A stretch of 60,432 nucleotides of DNA, filler included. It is 3 parts of 3 records of this genome, joined end to end, with 100 filler letters (N's around TTAATTAATTAA, not from the genome) between each part and the next. Parts side by side here need not be neighbours in the genome. Positions count along the whole stretch, not along the records: positions 38,197 to 60,432 come from DRR723986_31985; 2 more parts are not named here. One strand, given 5' to 3'. Shown piece after piece: positions 48,948 through 58,828 of this stretch. Below the pieces are notes generated by a model. The model was not told the DNA's origin and did not search any database. It saw nothing but the letters and a program-made list of their open reading frames with translations. The position numbers and the translations under genes were made by a program. How positions within the stretch are numbered: position 1 is the first letter of the stretch; each line of letters begins with the position of its first letter.

Positions 48948-50936
48948 TTAGTCAATTACAACTGAGGTATCTACGGGAGCTTGGGACTGATTAAATTTTG
49001 CCCGACTTATACTGTCGAGTTGTGCTCTGTCGTACTCTCCAGTATCGGGTTCTTCTACCTCAAAGTTTACATCTTCAGTTTCCTCCTCCAGCTCAACATC
49101 CTCTTTGCAAGTCAAGCATACTAATCCCTGCTCATTAAATGTCCAGATTGCATTTTGGGAAAGATCGTTTGAACTGTAGCCATTTCTATAAATGGTGTTT
49201 CTTAGGATTTCAAGAAGCGAGCGTTCCATGATAAATGGTTTATCATAAGGTATCTCCAGAAAGAGATTCAGTTTTTGATCTCTGAACTTATCCAAGTTGG
49301 AAACATCGTAACCTTCATCGAAGGTGATCATAGAATCCAATACTTCATATCGGTAAGTGATCATTTTGGCATTATTCATTGCCTCTGCTTTAGTTTTGCC
49401 TCTGGCAAAGAAATCCTCACGAAGTGTGACTGTGCTATCAGAAGTCCCTTCGATTTTCAGGTTTACATTATTGAACGTAGACTCTTCACCGATTGGGTTT
49501 AGTCGCAGAATCATGATTCCTTCAGTGACAGGCACTGTGTTTTCGATTTTATGCCAGTTCTCTTCTTTGAATTGTGCTACGATCAATGGGATTTGGAAAG
49601 CACAGATTCCTACACAAAGCAACCATAAGCCAAGTGCTACAAAGCCAAATCTGGAGCCAATTAGATTCTTTTGCATCAAAACGCTAAGCCCTAGCAGAAT
49701 GATGATAATACCTGGGATGATTAAGAGGAACAATGCTCCTACCACTAACCAGATTGGGATCAAATTGGAGAATAGCTCCACTGGGAAATTATCCATTAGT
49801 ACTCGGTAGTCGTCGTTGGTAAATATGCCCAAGTAAACAGCCAAACTAAATATAGGTGCGATGGTCAATCCTAATCCAATAAAGAATACAAATAAACCGA
49901 AGATCACCCGGATCACATTCAGGAAGAATCTTCCTAATGGTCCCAAAGCTGATCCAATAGCTTCGATGACCTGTCCTATTATTCTAAATGGAGTAAGAAG
50001 GATTTGTCTAGTTTTTGATTCTGGGGCTTTTGGGATAGGGTTTATGTTTTCCTTCAAGGTCGAATCAATATTATCCAGCGTGATTTCCCCACCTTTCATA
50101 CGTATACGCTCAGTGATCGAACTCGCCACTGGTGTGATAATCCATAGAATCAGATAAATCAAGAATCCAGATCCACCCGCCAAAATCAAAAAGGCTAATG
50201 CCAATCTTGTATAGACCACTTCCACACCGAAGTATGCTGCCAATCCACTTGCCACACCACCGATTACCTTATCGTCAGGGTTCCGATATAGTTTTTTGAT
50301 ATTCTTATCCTCTTCAATTTCATAGGAAACAGGAAGGATAATCCATAATACGATGTAGGCTACTGCTGCGAAAATCCCAAAACTTAGGTTTAACCTGAAG
50401 TCATCAAATGGCCAAATATCCAAGAAACCGAAGTTGAACCGTAGATTCCCAGAGAAAAGCAAAAGGATGGCAATCAGTCTGGTCCAAAGTGGATCTATGG
50501 TAAAATAATGAGCCACTCCGGCACAAACACCACCGAGGATTTTACGGTTTTCCAGGCGCATTAATTTTTTATACCCTTTTCTCTCAGATTCCGGAGGAGT
50601 GACATACTTATAGAAATCCTGGTCTTTGGCAGTATTTTCCTCTTCTTGATCAACTTCCGCTTTTTCCTCATCTACAGAGGCAAAATCTGCTATAGTCCCC
50701 ATCTTTTCGATGAGTTTGTCTACGTTTTCCGCAGAAATTACCTGCTTATTGTTTTTCAGATTGCTTAGAAAGATCTCGGCAATTCGATTTTCAATATCGG
50801 AGATGATCTCGTGATTGTCTTTATAGGAAGAAAAGTGCTGATTGATCGCATCCAGGTATTTTCGGAGCGTATCATAGCCGTCTTCCTCGATGTGGAAAAG
50901 AATCCCACTGATGTTTATACTTATAGTCTTTTTCAT
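48948..50936 (-). CDS. PspC domain-containing membrane protein (two PspC repeats)
   Basis: MKKTISINISG...DIENRIAE N-terminus, KILGGVCAGVAHYF and KVIGGVASGLAAYF PspC repeats, multiple TM helices. Confidence 0.9.
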   Translation of the reverse strand: MKKTISINISGILFHIEEDGYDTLRKYLDAINQHFSSYKDNHEIISDIENRIAEIFLSNLKNNKQVISAENVDKLIEKMGTIADFASVDEEKAEVDQEEENTAKDQDFYKYVTPPESERKGYKKLMRLENRKILGGVCAGVAHYFTIDPLWTRLIAILLLFSGNLRFNFGFLDIWPFDDFRLNLSFGIFAAVAYIVLWIILPVSYEIEEDKNIKKLYRNPDDKVIGGVASGLAAYFGVEVVYTRLALAFLILAGGSGFLIYLILWIITPVASSITERIRMKGGEITLDNIDSTLKENINPIPKAPESKTRQILLTPFRIIGQVIEAIGSALGPLGRFFLNVIRVIFGLFVFFIGLGLTIAPIFSLAVYLGIFTNDDYRVLMDNFPVELFSNLIPIWLVVGALFLLIIPGIIIILLGLSVLMQKNLIGSRFGFVALGLWLLCVGICAFQIPLIVAQFKEENWHKIENTVPVTEGIMILRLNPIGEESTFNNVNLKIEGTSDSTVTLREDFFARGKTKAEAMNNAKMITYRYEVLDSMITFDEGYDVSNLDKFRDQKLNLFLEIPYDKPFIMERSLLEILRNTIYRNGYSSNDLSQNAIWTFNEQGLVCLTCKEDVELEEETEDVNFEVEEPDTGEYDRAQLDSISRAKFNQSQAPVDTSVVID

Positions 50937-51030
50937 CTGTTTGTCATTAAATTTTTACGGTCAGATGGAATCTCGCCTGTTAGAGAGTTGCTCCACTTTG
51001 AGATAGTTGATGTAGGGCTAGATTTCATGA

Positions 51031-51360
51031 TCAATTCTTTGAGGTGATAAGAAGGGTGGAATTGACTAGTGAATCCCAGGTGTTGGAGAGAGTGCTCAGA
51101 AAGGATTTTCCTTCTTCCGTGATGGAGTAGTATTTCCTCGGTGGACCGGATTCAGACTCTACCCAGCGATATTCGACCAATGAGGCAGACTTCAGACGGT
51201 TGAGCAGTGGGTACAGCGTGCCCTCCACTACGATCATTTGAGCTTGGGTTAGCTCTTCGATCAAATCTGAAGTATAAACCTCGCCTCGAGAGATGATATG
51301 CAACACGCAAAACTCCAAGAGCCCTTTGCGCATTTGAATCTGTGTGTTGGCGACATTCAT
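51031..51360 (-). CDS. PadR family transcriptional regulator
   Basis: QMRKGLLE, EGTLYPLLNRL, ESESGPPRKYYSIT. Confidence 0.95.
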   Translation of the reverse strand: MNVANTQIQMRKGLLEFCVLHIISRGEVYTSDLIEELTQAQMIVVEGTLYPLLNRLKSASLVEYRWVESESGPPRKYYSITEEGKSFLSTLSNTWDSLVNSTLLITSKN

Positions 51361-51944
51361 TTGTAAGGTGATTATGTGTCAATGTTTCGGAAAATACCTA
51401 TTCCCGTCCCTTCTTGGTAAAGAAAAATTATACCAATCTTTTCCAAGCTACCTTGTATAACCTATTTCCTTGTGATAAACAGGTAGTAGGTATAGTGATA
51501 TAGTCAAAAAACCACTCTTATTTCACTCAGATTGATGTTTTAGGTTTTTTGAACTTGGAGGAAAAAAAGTTTTCAAAAAAAATATTGGCTTTCCAACTTT
51601 AATGAAATGTTAAATTTCTGAACATATTTATGTACGGGGGCGGACAGGTGGTCTGGGCCTTTGTAGTACCAAATTGATTACCGATCCTGCCTTTGACACT
51701 CTTCGCTATTTTCATATGCTGCATTCACCAAGAATTGCATTCCGGACTTTTACAGGTGTTGCCTTAGGCAAACTATTTATTCAATTTATTATTAGTGAAG
51801 ATGCACTTAAGTGAACGTATGTGCTTTTAATTTAGGCTAGAGGTTCAAATTTGGCAATACTCCCTTTCCAAAAGTGTTAAGGGGGGGCTTGAACTAGACA
51901 AAATTCTGGAATGTGCATCCCTGCAGATACACATATTATTATTT

Positions 51945-52038
51945 GTGCCAGCGGCACATCCAGTATTAGCCCTGAGAACAGCGAAGCGAGATTCAGGGTA
52001 ATAAAGTCCATTGAGGATACTAAGAGTGCCAACGGCAC
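51945..52038 (+). repeat. Three-hairpin REP-like unit (A-B-A)
   Basis: GTGCC-AGC-GGCAC (51945-51957), 12 nt ending TAG, CCCTGA...TCAGGG (51970-51998), 27 nt, GTGCC-AAC-GGCAC (52026-52038). Confidence 0.7.
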
Positions 52039-52318
52039 GATCCGAATTAATGCTTATTTCTGTTTTCCGTCAATCAAAGCCAAATCCAGTTTCCATGTTT
52101 TAGGTGTATTTCCGCAATTGTATCAGTAAATGGTTGAAATCGACTTAATTATAGGGTGAAAACTCGCATTAAGGTGGTTTAGCTCACGGGTCTTCCTTCA
52201 GAGCAAGAAAAGAAAGTAAGTAAGGTTTCTGGCAGTACAAAAGATTATAAAAGCGGCATTATTTCATTATTTTTCGCACCGGTTACCATTGGACTGATTA
52301 TTTGGTTTATTTTGAAAG

Positions 52319-53452
52319 GTGAATTTTAGCAGAGCAACTACAGTTTTTTATTCCTTTCTCTTAATCCTCTTAGTGGGGGGGAGTACGCATGTTTTTTCTC
52401 AAGATTTAGCTCCCAAATATTCCAATGAATTTCTCAGCATAGGAGTAGGAGCCAGAGCTCTAGGGATGGGTGGAGCGCAGGTTTCGGCTGTGCGCGATGT
52501 GACGGCGGCCTATTGGAATCCTGCGGCCCTGATGGGAGTCCAGCATAAATATGAGTTCAGCCTAATGCACTCGGAATACTTTGCCGGAGTAGCACAATAC
52601 GATTATCTAAGTTTCACTACGCCTATCAAAGACCGAAGCCAAGTTGCTGTTTCTATCATTCGCTTTGGAGTGGACGATATTCCCGATACCCGATTTCTCT
52701 ATGATGCGAATGGCGCTTTGAATTACAATAATATCCAGTTTTTCAATGCGGCAGATTATGCCATGCTTCTCAGCTATGCACGGGATCTATCAGACAAATT
52801 CAAAGTGGGAATGAACGCCAAAATCATCCATAGAAATGTAGGTAAATTCGCTCAAGCATGGGGTTTTGGATTAGATGTGGGCGGAATCTATGTGAAAGAT
52901 AAGTTGACGCTGGGCTTGATGGTTCGTGATATCACTACCACTTTTAATGCTTGGTCTCATGATGCCGAGTTAGTTAGGGAGATATACTCACAAACAGATA
53001 ACGAGATTCCTGTCAATTCTGTGGAATTGACCTTGCCACGAGCGATTTCCTCCGTGGCTTACACATTTCAAATCGGAAAGCAGTTTAATTTACTGACGAC
53101 TTTGGACTTGGATATGACTTTTGATGGGGAAAGAAACACCGTGATTAGCACGCCTTTGCTAAGTATAGACCCACGGTTTGGACTGGAAGCAGGTTTTCAG
53201 AATATTGCTTTCCTACGCGCAGGTGTTGGGAATTTCCAGTATATCAAGGATTTTCAGGGAAAAGAAAGCTTGGACATGCAGCCGAGTATGGGTATAGGGG
53301 TTTTTATAAGTGAGCGATTTCAGATTGATTACGCCCTTTCAGATATTGGAAATGTTTCAGAAACACCTTATTCCCATGTGTTTAGTGTAAAAGTGAGTTT
53401 GGAGAAATTGGATCCTGATTTCAGAAAATTTAAAAGCTGGACAGACAAATGA
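52319..53452 (+). CDS. PorV-like (PorV2-type) T9SS outer-membrane barrel
   Basis: KYSNEFLSIGVGARALGMG, AAYWNPA, FGLDVG, IDYA, SHVFS. Start codon uncertain. Confidence 0.82.
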   Translation: MNFSRATTVFYSFLLILLVGGSTHVFSQDLAPKYSNEFLSIGVGARALGMGGAQVSAVRDVTAAYWNPAALMGVQHKYEFSLMHSEYFAGVAQYDYLSFTTPIKDRSQVAVSIIRFGVDDIPDTRFLYDANGALNYNNIQFFNAADYAMLLSYARDLSDKFKVGMNAKIIHRNVGKFAQAWGFGLDVGGIYVKDKLTLGLMVRDITTTFNAWSHDAELVREIYSQTDNEIPVNSVELTLPRAISSVAYTFQIGKQFNLLTTLDLDMTFDGERNTVISTPLLSIDPRFGLEAGFQNIAFLRAGVGNFQYIKDFQGKESLDMQPSMGIGVFISERFQIDYALSDIGNVSETPYSHVFSVKVSLEKLDPDFRKFKSWTDK

Positions 53453-56400
53453 TAAAAAACATCAGCATCGTTTTTCTGGCATTTCTCATGCTTTCCAACC
53501 TAGCTCTAGCCCAGGAGCCTGTTTGGTATAATTATGACCAAACCTACTATAAAATCCTAACCGGTTCAGATGGAATTCATCGGATTTCTGCCACCTCACT
53601 AAGCAACTCAGGGATAAACCTGACTGGCTTGGACCCTAGAACTATCCGCATTTATCATAGAGGAAAGGAAGTGGCAATTCACATAGAAGGAGAAAATGAT
53701 GGACGTTTTGATTCGGGCGATTACATAGATTTCTTTGGACAACGAAATGACGGGACGGTAGATAAATTGCTTTACACGGACTTTGAAAAGATCCCAAATC
53801 CCTATTTCAACACCAATTCTGACACCACTGCTTTTTTCCTGACAGTTAGTTCAGGGCAAAATGGAAAGCGGATGAATCTCCGATCTGCCCCAGAGGCATC
53901 ATTGCCAGTAGCGGCAAGTTATGCATCAGAGAAATTATTGGCTCTTGGAGAGCAATATTCGCTGGGTGTGGGCTATGCATTTGACTTTAGATTATCCAAA
54001 TTTGATCAGGGGCAAGGGTGGATGTCAGCCGTCATCACAAAAGGAAATACCCGACAGCTAACCTTGAATCAACTCGGAGTAATGGGGACAGGCACGGCCA
54101 AGCTCGAAATCGGATTGGTAGGTAGGTCGTATAATCCTCACACCACAAGAATTTTGGCTGGACCTACTGCAGCTAATCAGCGGCTTATTGGCACTATTTC
54201 GAGCCTTCAATACGAGTATCCTCAGGTCACCTTAGACCTAGCTATGAGTGACTTCAATTCGGACGGAAGTATAGTCATTGGGGTGAATTCGGCGGGAGCA
54301 GAATCTGTGGATAATATTTCTGTGGCTTATGCCAAAATCACTTATAGAAATAATGTCAGTTCCGGTGATTTTACCTCAAAATTGTTCATCTCCCCATCTG
54401 GAAATCAGAGAATCCAGCTCACGGGAATTTCTGGAAATTATTCAGCTATAGATATTGCAGATCCTATTAATCCACAAAAAGTACAACTAAGTAAAACTGG
54501 GCAGATCTTGGCTTTCAGGTCTTCTATCCCAAGTGATTCCAGCAAAGTTTGGATTCAAAACGAGCAGAATATCATCCCGATTGCTACGCTAGAGCCAGTT
54601 AAGTTTAGGAATTACCTTGCACAAGCCGCTAATTATATTTTGGTTGGACATTCAGCTTTGGAGCAGCCGAGTACCCAATTTGACAATCCCTTAAAATCCT
54701 ATGCTGAACACAGAGCTTCGCCGGCAGGAGGAGGGTTTGATACGCTCACAGTGAAAGTGGAGGATTTGTATAATCAGTTTTCCTATGGAGAATATACCCC
54801 TGCTGCGATCTATGAGTTTTTGAGGGCGTATTTTCCCGTTCACAAACCCACGCACATGCTTCTTGCAGGTAGAGCTTTGGCAATTTATTCCACAGCCAGG
54901 GCTGGTGGTGTTACTTATTTCTACCGAAACAATCCCGCAGCTTTTAGCTTTCGTGACCTAGTTCCTGCTGGTGGGTTTCCTTTTTCGGACAATGTTTACA
55001 CCCTTGGACTTGACCCTGACAAACCTTTGGCTCCTGCCCTGGCAGTAGGAAGGATTCCGGCTAGAAATTCACAACACCTGGCGGATTACCTGAGCAAGGC
55101 AATAGAAAAAGATGCGGTTGGCATTGCTGAACCTTGGCAAAAAGAGTTGATTCACCTCACTGGCGGAGTATCCGAGTTTGAGTTGGAGCGGTATTTCAAT
55201 TTCATGAATGGTTTCAAAACCATTGCCGAAGGACCTTATCTTGGAGGAAATGTCACCACCTACCGCAAGCGTTCAAATTCCACCATTGAAGTGATTGACA
55301 TTACAGGAGATCTGAATGAAGGCCGATCCATGCTGACGTTTTTTGGACATGGTTCACCTACAGTCATTGATATTGAAATTGGTTTTGCCTCTGATCCCAC
55401 ACTGAATTATCAGAATAAGGGGAAATATCCAGTCATGCTTTTCAATGGTTGCGACTACGGAAGTGCCTATGGGAATAGCTATACCCAAGGGGAAGATTGG
55501 GTGATTACACCGGATAAGGGAGCTGTTTCAGTTTTGGCTAACTCCTCCATAGGTGTGGATGTGTATCTGCGCCGCTATTCGGATATGTTTTACAGAAAGG
55601 CTTTTGCCGATAGTACCTTGATTTATCGCACACTTGGGGAGGTAAAGCGGGAAGCTGAGGAGGAATATATTGATAACTATGGCACAAGTCCGCTGTCTTA
55701 TTCCCATATGGAGCAGATGATTAATTATGGTGATCCGGGCGTAAGGATTTTTCCTGCAGACAAAGCTGACTATGCGGTCAAGGCCGAAGAGGTTTCTGTA
55801 GATAGCTTCGATGAAGTGCCTATTTCTGTACTTTCGGATAGTTTGAAATTGAGTTTCGTCCTGAGAAATATCGGCCGTGTAGATACTGATTCCATAGAGT
55901 ATAAAGTGAGTAGAAGATTGCCTGATGGAACTACCGAAAGCTTTGATCCGGTAAAAATCCCCTATATCCCAAGAATTGATTCTATCAATTTTACTATTCC
56001 AAATATCGGCCGAAATTCAGCTGGAGAAAATACCTTTAGCATTGAGGTAAATTCGAAAAGGGAAGTGGAGGAAATGACCTTTGCCAATAATTCTGTCAGC
56101 TTCACCAAGTTTATTCCACTAAGCGGGACACTCAATCTTTATCCCATAGAATATGGAATCGTGAGTGGAACTGAGACGAAGCTAATTGCTCAGGCACCTG
56201 GAAAAATCATTGAAGACCGCACCATCATCATCCAGTTGGATACTGCTGTTGCATTTAATTCCGCCTATCGCAAGGAAGTTCGAGTCACTTCACGAGGTTT
56301 GGCAGAAATGCCTTTGGCTCTGACTGCTTTTTCGGATAGCACCACCTATTATTGGAGATCAAAATTTCAGGAAACAAAACCAGGCGAAACCGATGCTTGG

Positions 56401-58467
56401 ACGAATTCCAGTTTCTCTTTCATTCCATCTGGCCCAGAAGGCTGGACTCAGCGCACAACTTACCAGCTTGCTGAGGATCAGTTGACAAATCTGGAAATCA
56501 AAGAATCCGATAGAAGCTGGAAATACCTAGATCAGCAAACTAATATTGAGGTCTTTACGGTTGGGGCTGCGGTGGATACACTTTCTTTCCGCAACACTCA
56601 ATTCTACTTAAATCAGATCCCGCAGATCATTGATAATGTGAATAATGCCAACAGCCGCTTGTGTCCTAATGGCTCCTTGGGTTTGGTGGCTTTTGAGCAA
56701 AAAAGCCTGATGCCCTACCTGGCGATTCCTGTTCCCGGATTTGATATACTGGATTCCAGAGCTTGTGGTCGCGTGCCGCAAATGATCCAGAGTATTCAGA
56801 ATTCCTGGATTACAACGCCGGGGCAGACTATGCTGGAGCAGTATGTGAACAATGTGAAACTTGGTGATTATGTGGTGATTTTCTCTGTGGGCAATGTCAC
56901 CTTTGAAGCTTGGCCAGATATTGCGTTTGAAAAGCTGAAAGAATTTGGAGCAAGCGAGGCTACGCTGCGAGCTTTGAAAACAGGTGAACCTTATATTCTT
57001 TACGGAAGAAAAGGCATGCGTCCGGGTGAGGCGATTGAGATAGTAGGGAATAAAAACATGGAAGTTCCGGCTTCTCAGCAAACACTCTCCTTCGATACTG
57101 AGCTTTCAGGCTACCTGACTTCGGGGATGATTTTGACACCAAGAGTTGGCCCTGCATCATCTTGGGAGCGTTTCTTCCAAAATGTGAATGCTCGAAACTG
57201 GATCAATGAGGAAGAGAAAACCTTCTTTGACATCATCGGAGTGAAGGAAAATGGGGAGGAGGATCTCTTGATAGGAAATACTTACGATCAGGAAATGGAT
57301 CTGTCTTTTATCAGTACGGATGTTTATCCATATCTGAAACTTCGCTATAGTATGAATGATCCTGCTTCCACCGCCCCAGCTCAGTTGGATAAGTGGCAGG
57401 TGAATTATACTGGAGTTCCTGAGGGAGTTTTAATCCTGAAATCTGCCAAAGAGCAAGTGAATCTGCGGGAGGGAGAAACTGGGCTTCTGGAACTGCAATT
57501 CAAGAATATTTCCAAGTTCAATTTCTTGGATTCTATTCAGGTGAATTGGAATATGACCCATCTGACGAGCAAGAAAGTGGAGGAATTCTCGAAGAAATTC
57601 CCTGCGCTGAAAGCCGGAGAGTCATTTGACTTTACGATAGAGTTTAATTCCATCGGGAAATCAGGTGAGAATGAACTAGAGATTTTTGCCAATCCTAGAA
57701 TACAGCGGGAGCAGACTTTCCGCAATAATCAGGTAGATCTTCGTTCCTACTTCATCGTGGAGGGAGATAATTCTACGGCACTGCTGGATGTAAACTTTGA
57801 CGGAATCTACATCATGGACGGGGATATCGTCTCGCCAAATGTACTGATCACCGCCCTTCTGAAGAATGATCAAACCTTATTGTATAAGAAAGACACAGTT
57901 GGGCTGGATCTATATCTGAAGCAGAACTGCGAATCCTGTGACTTCAAGCGAGTTAATTTCTCCAATCCAAACTTGACTTGGACACCGGCTTCAGAAGATG
58001 AGGACTTCGAAGTTTCACTGATTCCCGGGCCGTTGGAAGATGGGATTTATACCCTAAGAGTGGTTAATGAGGATTCCAATGAACCTTATGAAGTTACTTT
58101 TGAGGTGATCAACGAATCCCAGATCACGAACTTTTATCCTTATCCGAATCCATTCAGTACGAGTGTTCGCTTTGTCTTTACGGTCACAGGTATGGAAGTG
58201 CCCGATGAAATTAAGATTCAGATCATGACTGTAACCGGAAAAGTTGTCCGGGAGATTTTGCAGAACGAATTGGGTCCGATCCGAATCGGAAATAACTTAA
58301 CTGACTATGCTTGGGATGGTAAGGATGAATTTGGCGACCAGCTCGCCAATGGTGTGTACATCTACCGTGTGCTAGTTCGCAAAAACGGGCAATTCATGGA
58401 GCATAGACCTACAGCCGGAGACAAGGCATTTAAGAAGGGGTATGGGAAGATGTATTTGTTGAGGTAG
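53449..58467 (+). CDS. C25 (gingipain-like) peptidase, PorU-like (PorU2-type) putative T9SS sortase
   Basis: YYKI...GIHRI, DYIDFFG, LYNQFSYG, VGRIPA, catalytic FFGHGS and FNGC, GDP, C-terminal YPYPNPFST...WDGKDEFGDQLANGVYIY CTD. Confidence 0.85.
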   Translation: MIKNISIVFLAFLMLSNLALAQEPVWYNYDQTYYKILTGSDGIHRISATSLSNSGINLTGLDPRTIRIYHRGKEVAIHIEGENDGRFDSGDYIDFFGQRNDGTVDKLLYTDFEKIPNPYFNTNSDTTAFFLTVSSGQNGKRMNLRSAPEASLPVAASYASEKLLALGEQYSLGVGYAFDFRLSKFDQGQGWMSAVITKGNTRQLTLNQLGVMGTGTAKLEIGLVGRSYNPHTTRILAGPTAANQRLIGTISSLQYEYPQVTLDLAMSDFNSDGSIVIGVNSAGAESVDNISVAYAKITYRNNVSSGDFTSKLFISPSGNQRIQLTGISGNYSAIDIADPINPQKVQLSKTGQILAFRSSIPSDSSKVWIQNEQNIIPIATLEPVKFRNYLAQAANYILVGHSALEQPSTQFDNPLKSYAEHRASPAGGGFDTLTVKVEDLYNQFSYGEYTPAAIYEFLRAYFPVHKPTHMLLAGRALAIYSTARAGGVTYFYRNNPAAFSFRDLVPAGGFPFSDNVYTLGLDPDKPLAPALAVGRIPARNSQHLADYLSKAIEKDAVGIAEPWQKELIHLTGGVSEFELERYFNFMNGFKTIAEGPYLGGNVTTYRKRSNSTIEVIDITGDLNEGRSMLTFFGHGSPTVIDIEIGFASDPTLNYQNKGKYPVMLFNGCDYGSAYGNSYTQGEDWVITPDKGAVSVLANSSIGVDVYLRRYSDMFYRKAFADSTLIYRTLGEVKREAEEEYIDNYGTSPLSYSHMEQMINYGDPGVRIFPADKADYAVKAEEVSVDSFDEVPISVLSDSLKLSFVLRNIGRVDTDSIEYKVSRRLPDGTTESFDPVKIPYIPRIDSINFTIPNIGRNSAGENTFSIEVNSKREVEEMTFANNSVSFTKFIPLSGTLNLYPIEYGIVSGTETKLIAQAPGKIIEDRTIIIQLDTAVAFNSAYRKEVRVTSRGLAEMPLALTAFSDSTTYYWRSKFQETKPGETDAWTNSSFSFIPSGPEGWTQRTTYQLAEDQLTNLEIKESDRSWKYLDQQTNIEVFTVGAAVDTLSFRNTQFYLNQIPQIIDNVNNANSRLCPNGSLGLVAFEQKSLMPYLAIPVPGFDILDSRACGRVPQMIQSIQNSWITTPGQTMLEQYVNNVKLGDYVVIFSVGNVTFEAWPDIAFEKLKEFGASEATLRALKTGEPYILYGRKGMRPGEAIEIVGNKNMEVPASQQTLSFDTELSGYLTSGMILTPRVGPASSWERFFQNVNARNWINEEEKTFFDIIGVKENGEEDLLIGNTYDQEMDLSFISTDVYPYLKLRYSMNDPASTAPAQLDKWQVNYTGVPEGVLILKSAKEQVNLREGETGLLELQFKNISKFNFLDSIQVNWNMTHLTSKKVEEFSKKFPALKAGESFDFTIEFNSIGKSGENELEIFANPRIQREQTFRNNQVDLRSYFIVEGDNSTALLDVNFDGIYIMDGDIVSPNVLITALLKNDQTLLYKKDTVGLDLYLKQNCESCDFKRVNFSNPNLTWTPASEDEDFEVSLIPGPLEDGIYTLRVVNEDSNEPYEVTFEVINESQITNFYPYPNPFSTSVRFVFTVTGMEVPDEIKIQIMTVTGKVVREILQNELGPIRIGNNLTDYAWDGKDEFGDQLANGVYIYRVLVRKNGQFMEHRPTAGDKAFKKGYGKMYLLR

Positions 58468-58508
58468 ATCATTTGAAAATGATTGTCCAGCTGCTCATCT
58501 GCAGTAAT

Positions 58509-58730
58509 CCCCTCTGAGCGTACTCTAGGCGTTGCCGTCGCTAGGTGTAGATCCGTACAGTAGTCGGATGTATCTAGACCTTCTTATCCTTATCAACTTG
58601 AAATTGACCTTCTTATCTTACTTGGGTGAATAACGCTAGCAAGCACCATCCCCGACTGAGTGTAGTTTAGATGTTGAAGCCTCTAGGTGTAGATTGTATC
58701 TACACCTTCCTATCAGTTAGAATTTGTAAT
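58509..58730 (+). repeat. Hairpin repeat family X, left pair (copy 1: 58509-58605; copy 2: 58650-58730)
   Basis: CCCC.CTGAG.GTA.T.TAG...TTG......CTAGGTGTAGAT..GTATCTA(C/G)ACCTTC.TATC shared by both copies. Confidence 0.85.
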
Positions 58731-58828
58731 TTTCTGCCGTCATCGCCAACGACAATGGAATGAAATGCATTCGGCTTAATAAAACTTCCCAAAGTTAAAA
58801 GTCAAACGTAATATGAAATTTGACAAGT

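Noticed and set aside
51448-51490. Possible PadR operator (CTACCTTGT...ACAGGTAG)
   Set aside because: The symmetry is imperfect and the spacing ambiguous, so it cannot be supported without comparative data.
51911-52129. 72-aa ORF in the padR/porV-like intergenic region
   Set aside because: It runs through the REP-like hairpin unit and has no recognisable motif. It is probably non-coding.
41279-57873. Short overlapping ORFs in contig C (e.g. 41279, 41780, 44988, 46903, 49357, 49861, 56608, 57676)
   Set aside because: All overlap well-supported genes on the opposite strand or in another frame and lack protein-like features.
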